Positions 60,462-64,000 of a DNA stretch of 64,000 nt are shown piece after piece. The DNA lies in contig JAFYHY010000108.1 of the NCBI GenBank assembly GCA_017538895.1, positions 18,225 to 82,224 of the forward strand, read 5' to 3'. The number at the start of each line of letters is the position of its first letter. The stretch's first letter is position 1. The position numbers were made by a program, and so were the translations under genes. This DNA comes from Aeriscardovia sp. (GTDB taxonomy: Bacteria; Actinomycetota; Actinomycetes; Actinomycetales; Bifidobacteriaceae). The notes below the pieces were generated by a model. That model saw nothing but the letters and a program-made list of their open reading frames with translations, was not told where the DNA came from and ran no database searches.

Positions 60462-60577
60462 GCCACATGAGAGCTTCTTCATTCTACACTACTTTTTCTA
60501 TAGTTCCAAATAATGATTGAGATGTCATAAAGGTACGATGGAATTAAGATCGTAAATCGTATCGAAATGAGGAAAAA

Positions 60578-61732
60578 ATGACCGATCTTGTTATCGTTGG
60601 AGCTGGATTATTTGGTTTAACGATTGCTCAACAAGCAGCCGAAAATGGTTACAGTGTACATATCATTGATAAACGTTCTCACATTGGTGGTAATGCTTAT
60701 TCTTATTTTGATAAAGAAACAGGCATTGAAATTCATCAATATGGAGCGCATCTTTTCCATACCAGCAATGAACGCGTATGGGAATATGTGAACCGATTTA
60801 CTTCATTCACTAACTATGTACATCACGTATATATCACTCACAACGATGAAGTTTTCCCAATGCCAATTAATCTTGGCACTATTAACCAATTCTTCCGTTC
60901 TGCATATACTCCAGATGAAGCCCAAGCACTCATTGAAAAACAAGCTGGAGAATATGCGGATGTTGTACCACAAAACCTCAATGAGCAGGGTATCAAACTG
61001 ATTGGTAAGCCACTCTATGAAGCTTTCATTAAAAATTACACAGCAAAACAGTGGCAAACCGATCCAAGCCAGCTTCCAGCTAGTATTATCCGCCGTTTGC
61101 CTGTTCGTTTTACATACAATAACAATTATTTCAAAGATAAATACGAAGGCCTTCCAACCGATGGTTATACTGCATGGTTTGAGCGTATGATTGATGATCC
61201 AAATATTGAAGTCAGCCTTAATACTGATTTCTTTGACGATTCTCAACCATTCAGCAAGAATCATCTTCGTGGAAACGTGCCAATTGTCTATACAGGTCCT
61301 ATTGATCGCTACTTCGATTATGCTCTTGGCACATTAAAGTGGCGAACCGTTGATTTTAAGGAACGTCGTTTTAATGAAGTCAATCATTTAGGCTGCCCAG
61401 TAATGAACTACGCAGATACCGAAGTTCCTTATACACGTTCTATCGAATTTAAGAACTTTAACCCAGAACGCGAAAAAGTAGCTTCACAATCAAAAACTAT
61501 CATCTGGGATGAATATTCACGCTTCGCTGGTAAAGATGATGATCCTTATTATCCAGTTAACACAGCTGAAGATAAAGAGATGTTTGCTCAATATAAAGAT
61601 ATGGAAGCTAAAGAACCAATGACTGTCTTTGGCGGACGTCTTGGCGGATATGCTTACTATGATATGCACCAAACAATTAATTCTGCATTAACAGCATGGT
61701 CTAATGAAGTTGCTCCATTATTGAAGAAATGA
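60578..61732 (+). CDS. glf: UDP-galactopyranose mutase
   Basis: VIVGAGLFGLTIA FAD fold, YGAHLFHT, YT.KQW and GRLG.Y.Y.DM motifs. Confidence 0.93.
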   Translation: MTDLVIVGAGLFGLTIAQQAAENGYSVHIIDKRSHIGGNAYSYFDKETGIEIHQYGAHLFHTSNERVWEYVNRFTSFTNYVHHVYITHNDEVFPMPINLGTINQFFRSAYTPDEAQALIEKQAGEYADVVPQNLNEQGIKLIGKPLYEAFIKNYTAKQWQTDPSQLPASIIRRLPVRFTYNNNYFKDKYEGLPTDGYTAWFERMIDDPNIEVSLNTDFFDDSQPFSKNHLRGNVPIVYTGPIDRYFDYALGTLKWRTVDFKERRFNEVNHLGCPVMNYADTEVPYTRSIEFKNFNPEREKVASQSKTIIWDEYSRFAGKDDDPYYPVNTAEDKEMFAQYKDMEAKEPMTVFGGRLGGYAYYDMHQTINSALTAWSNEVAPLLKK

Positions 61733-61775
61733 TCTTCTCTTACTGTGTCATTGTCACAGTTCAGTGTGAATTTCG

Positions 61776-61822
61776 ATAGCGTCTTGCAAGATGCCCTTAC
61801 GTGGCATCTTGCAAGACGCTAT
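61776..61822 (+). terminator. 20-bp perfect-stem hairpin after glf
   Basis: atagcgtcttgcaagatgcc / ggcatcttgcaagacgctat with loop cttacgt. The U-tract is poor. Confidence 0.65.
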
Positions 61823-61916
61823 TCTATAGGTTGCATTATCCGTTTCTGATCAGTATCCATGGATTGTGCTTCCATTTCGCGATACTCTCAGCACAATAAT
61901 GAATGAAGCGTGACAT

Positions 61917-63797
61917 ATGCGTATAACAATACGGGATATTAATTGGGGTCCTAACCTTACCATTGGAATCATTAGCATCGTTGCATTTGGATTAACCTAT
62001 TTTGCATCTACACGTGCTGTTTATTCTGTCTTTACTCCGAATGAAATGCTGAATTATTCCGTTGATCTTCTTGTTATTGTTTCGATTCTGATTGCTTTCT
62101 TTATGCAATTTGTTGATGTTGGTGAAGACTTTTATCTGAATCGTAATCTCGATAGTGAAATTATTAATAACAAATCTGCATTTAAACAATTTAGTGCAAA
62201 AGCATTTCGTATTTTTCTTTATCTTCTCTTTGTCATCCCGATTATTCTTTTAATCACAAAAAGTGGTACGCATTACAGTCATATTGTTGATGATATTTAT
62301 ATAGCTTTATATATTACTTGTCTTATAGTTCTTTTAAATACTCTTTATTCAGCATTAGGACTTTTAAACGCACGCCGAGATATTAAAGGTCATAATGAAC
62401 GTGGGAAGAATATTATTCGTCATAATATCTTTTCTCAATATCAAAAAATTATTTCGCATTATCTCATGACAGGAAAAAATAATCCTATTGATTATATCCA
62501 TTACACTATTAATGATTATTCACATGATGAGCAGTCAGAATACTTATTAGCTTTATTTAATGGTGAGTATAGTAATGAAGACACTAAAGCTTTCTCGTCA
62601 ACATTACCTAAACGATTATTCCGAAATCAGGCTCTTTTAGAACGCCGTTTATCTTACGGTTATATTTATTTGAAAGATAAATGGACTTTTCTGGAAGCTT
62701 TTAATCAGCATCATTCAGGACTGTTTACTTTTTTGCAGGATCAGCTACAACATACGACAAATGTTCTACACTGGCTCGCAACAAACTTTCATTCACTTTA
62801 TATTGACCAATTTACTGGTAAACCGGTGAATGAGGGTAATTTTTCGTATTCAAAAAATGTTGATCGTATTTTCTGCTATGCTCAAAGCATTATTAATAAC
62901 ATTCTTCTCACACAGAAAAATGTTGATAATATACGCTCGGCAATTGTTCTTGAAGCAACGCAAAATAACTATAAAGTTATGACGTTAGATGAAGAAGACA
63001 ACAAAACAAAAAATAAACTTTCAACTCGCGCGATCATTAATAACACGAATAATTACACTTATGAATTAGGGATTAGTCTCTTAGTCAAGTTCCTTAATTC
63101 AGATGAATATATCAAGCAGATTAATCGAGGTAATGCTGAAGATTTGCCAGCAGAATTAATCGCTTATACGCATAATAATCATTTATCAAGTAAAAGTGCC
63201 GCTAAACTAGATACCTCATATCTTGAAATACTCAAAGATGAACGTATTAAGAATGATGTGGCATTATGTAATCTCTTTGGCGCATTAACTTTTAATTCAC
63301 AGTTAATTTACCTATTTTATATTTGTTCAAAGTACAACGATAATGATGAGTTTTGCAGGCCTCTTGTAACAAATTTCTTGTTCTTTAATAAGCTGTTCCC
63401 TGCACATATTGTTGATGAAAAAATCATTGTGCAGGGTCATTCGTTTACTCCTATGGAACTCGCAGACAAAATTATTAATCGCCTCACAGACTCAACAATT
63501 GATGCTGATAATATCGCTATCTTGTTAATGGATATTACACAACAAAGCACTATTACATATGAAACATATCAATCCATGATGAATAATAATTTCGGATTTA
63601 TTGAATATTTACTGCTCCGTATCATGTTTACTTCTGTTTCATCTGTTAGTGCTGCGATTCCTTCAGATCAAGATAAATTCTTTGGTTCTGCAACAGATGA
63701 ACAACGTCATACATTTAAAGCGTATTTAGACGAGTTCCGTACGCAGTACGGAACTCGAATCACAAAAATTACGCAGAAATTATATTATTTTCAATAA
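61917..63797 (+). CDS. Hypothetical 626-aa membrane protein, AT-rich, with no recognisable domain
   Basis: This is the only long ORF in the region. It has four N-terminal hydrophobic helices followed by a roughly 450-aa Asn/Ile/Tyr/Leu-rich region. Sampled stretches are 22-38% GC. Confidence 0.6.
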   Translation: MRITIRDINWGPNLTIGIISIVAFGLTYFASTRAVYSVFTPNEMLNYSVDLLVIVSILIAFFMQFVDVGEDFYLNRNLDSEIINNKSAFKQFSAKAFRIFLYLLFVIPIILLITKSGTHYSHIVDDIYIALYITCLIVLLNTLYSALGLLNARRDIKGHNERGKNIIRHNIFSQYQKIISHYLMTGKNNPIDYIHYTINDYSHDEQSEYLLALFNGEYSNEDTKAFSSTLPKRLFRNQALLERRLSYGYIYLKDKWTFLEAFNQHHSGLFTFLQDQLQHTTNVLHWLATNFHSLYIDQFTGKPVNEGNFSYSKNVDRIFCYAQSIINNILLTQKNVDNIRSAIVLEATQNNYKVMTLDEEDNKTKNKLSTRAIINNTNNYTYELGISLLVKFLNSDEYIKQINRGNAEDLPAELIAYTHNNHLSSKSAAKLDTSYLEILKDERIKNDVALCNLFGALTFNSQLIYLFYICSKYNDNDEFCRPLVTNFLFFNKLFPAHIVDEKIIVQGHSFTPMELADKIINRLTDSTIDADNIAILLMDITQQSTITYETYQSMMNNNFGFIEYLLLRIMFTSVSSVSAAIPSDQDKFFGSATDEQRHTFKAYLDEFRTQYGTRITKITQKLYYFQ

Positions 63798-63816
63798 AAC
63801 AAATGAGCCTAAAATT

Positions 63817-64000
63817 TTATTGTTTTAATCCGAAAATCGCTTCCCAGGTTTTGACACTGGTGAGATGAGCATTCCGATATGCAGCAGATAGTTGGTCCCA
63901 TTGGTGAATCAATTGCTGAGTAAGCTGATAATTTTTCTTTAACGCGGCAGCAAATTCTTTATTATCACGTTTCAGCCAGGCAACCGAATTACCATCTGGA
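63817..64000 (-). CDS. C-terminal end of a gene extending beyond the right edge; function unknown, possibly a glycosyltransferase given the glf context
   Basis: My own translation is ...PDGNSVAWLKRDNKEFAAALKKNYQLTQQLIHQWDQLSAAYRNAHLTSVKTWEAIFGLKQ*. The function is a guess from context only. Confidence 0.4.
   Translation of the reverse strand, partial: PDGNSVAWLKRDNKEFAAALKKNYQLTQQLIHQWDQLSAAYRNAHLTSVKTWEAIFGLKQ

Noticed and set aside
60392-60473. Identity as 6C RNA or SRP (4.5S) RNA
   Set aside because: The minus strand has one C7 run and a CAGGGCAGGAAUGCAGCAAGGG stretch faintly reminiscent of SRP domain IV. It lacks the GGAA tetraloop context and the second C-rich loop expected for 6C. I kept it only as an unclassified element.
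1-64000. CRISPR arrays, IS elements/transposases, prophage or toxin-antitoxin modules
   Set aside because: I noticed no regularly spaced direct repeats, no transposase, integrase or recombinase motifs, and no paired small ORFs with toxin or antitoxin signatures. The lone RHH-like ORF at 20167-20523 has no partner gene.

Overview
This 64 kb window looks like core chromosome of a low-GC (about 40% by hand counts) actinobacterium. I infer Bifidobacteriaceae, possibly Gardnerella-like, from four markers: the 30-aa bS22 peptide, a DUF2469 protein, a zinc-finger-less TopA with a Lys-rich tail, and an unframeshifted prfB. Genes are densely packed, mostly on the minus strand, and almost all housekeeping: dgt, alr, glmS, smpB, prfB, map, serS, pgm, rnhA, rpiA, radA, mutY, trmL, a class A PBP, pyrD, trmB, rnhB, lepB, rplS, gatCAB, rmuC, ptrB, gcvH, nudC, trxA, pepD, holB, tmk, topA and glf. 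There are also tRNA-Ser(UGA) and tRNA-Lys(CUU). I found no rRNA, CRISPR array, transposase, integrase or prophage, and no convincing multi-gene novel system. The less ordinary items are: an AT-rich 626-aa orphan membrane protein next to glf; an intact but strongly diverged formate-tetrahydrofolate-ligase homologue; tandem GadC-like antiporters with no decarboxylase and a near-identical nucleotide tract; a class-2-like DHODH with Cys at the catalytic-base position; an orphan ZnuA-like lipoprotein; a GC-rich element with a G7 tract in the PAP2/glf divergent promoter; and 50-60 nt perfect palindromes at gene ends. All functional calls come from motif recognition by eye; no database searches were run.
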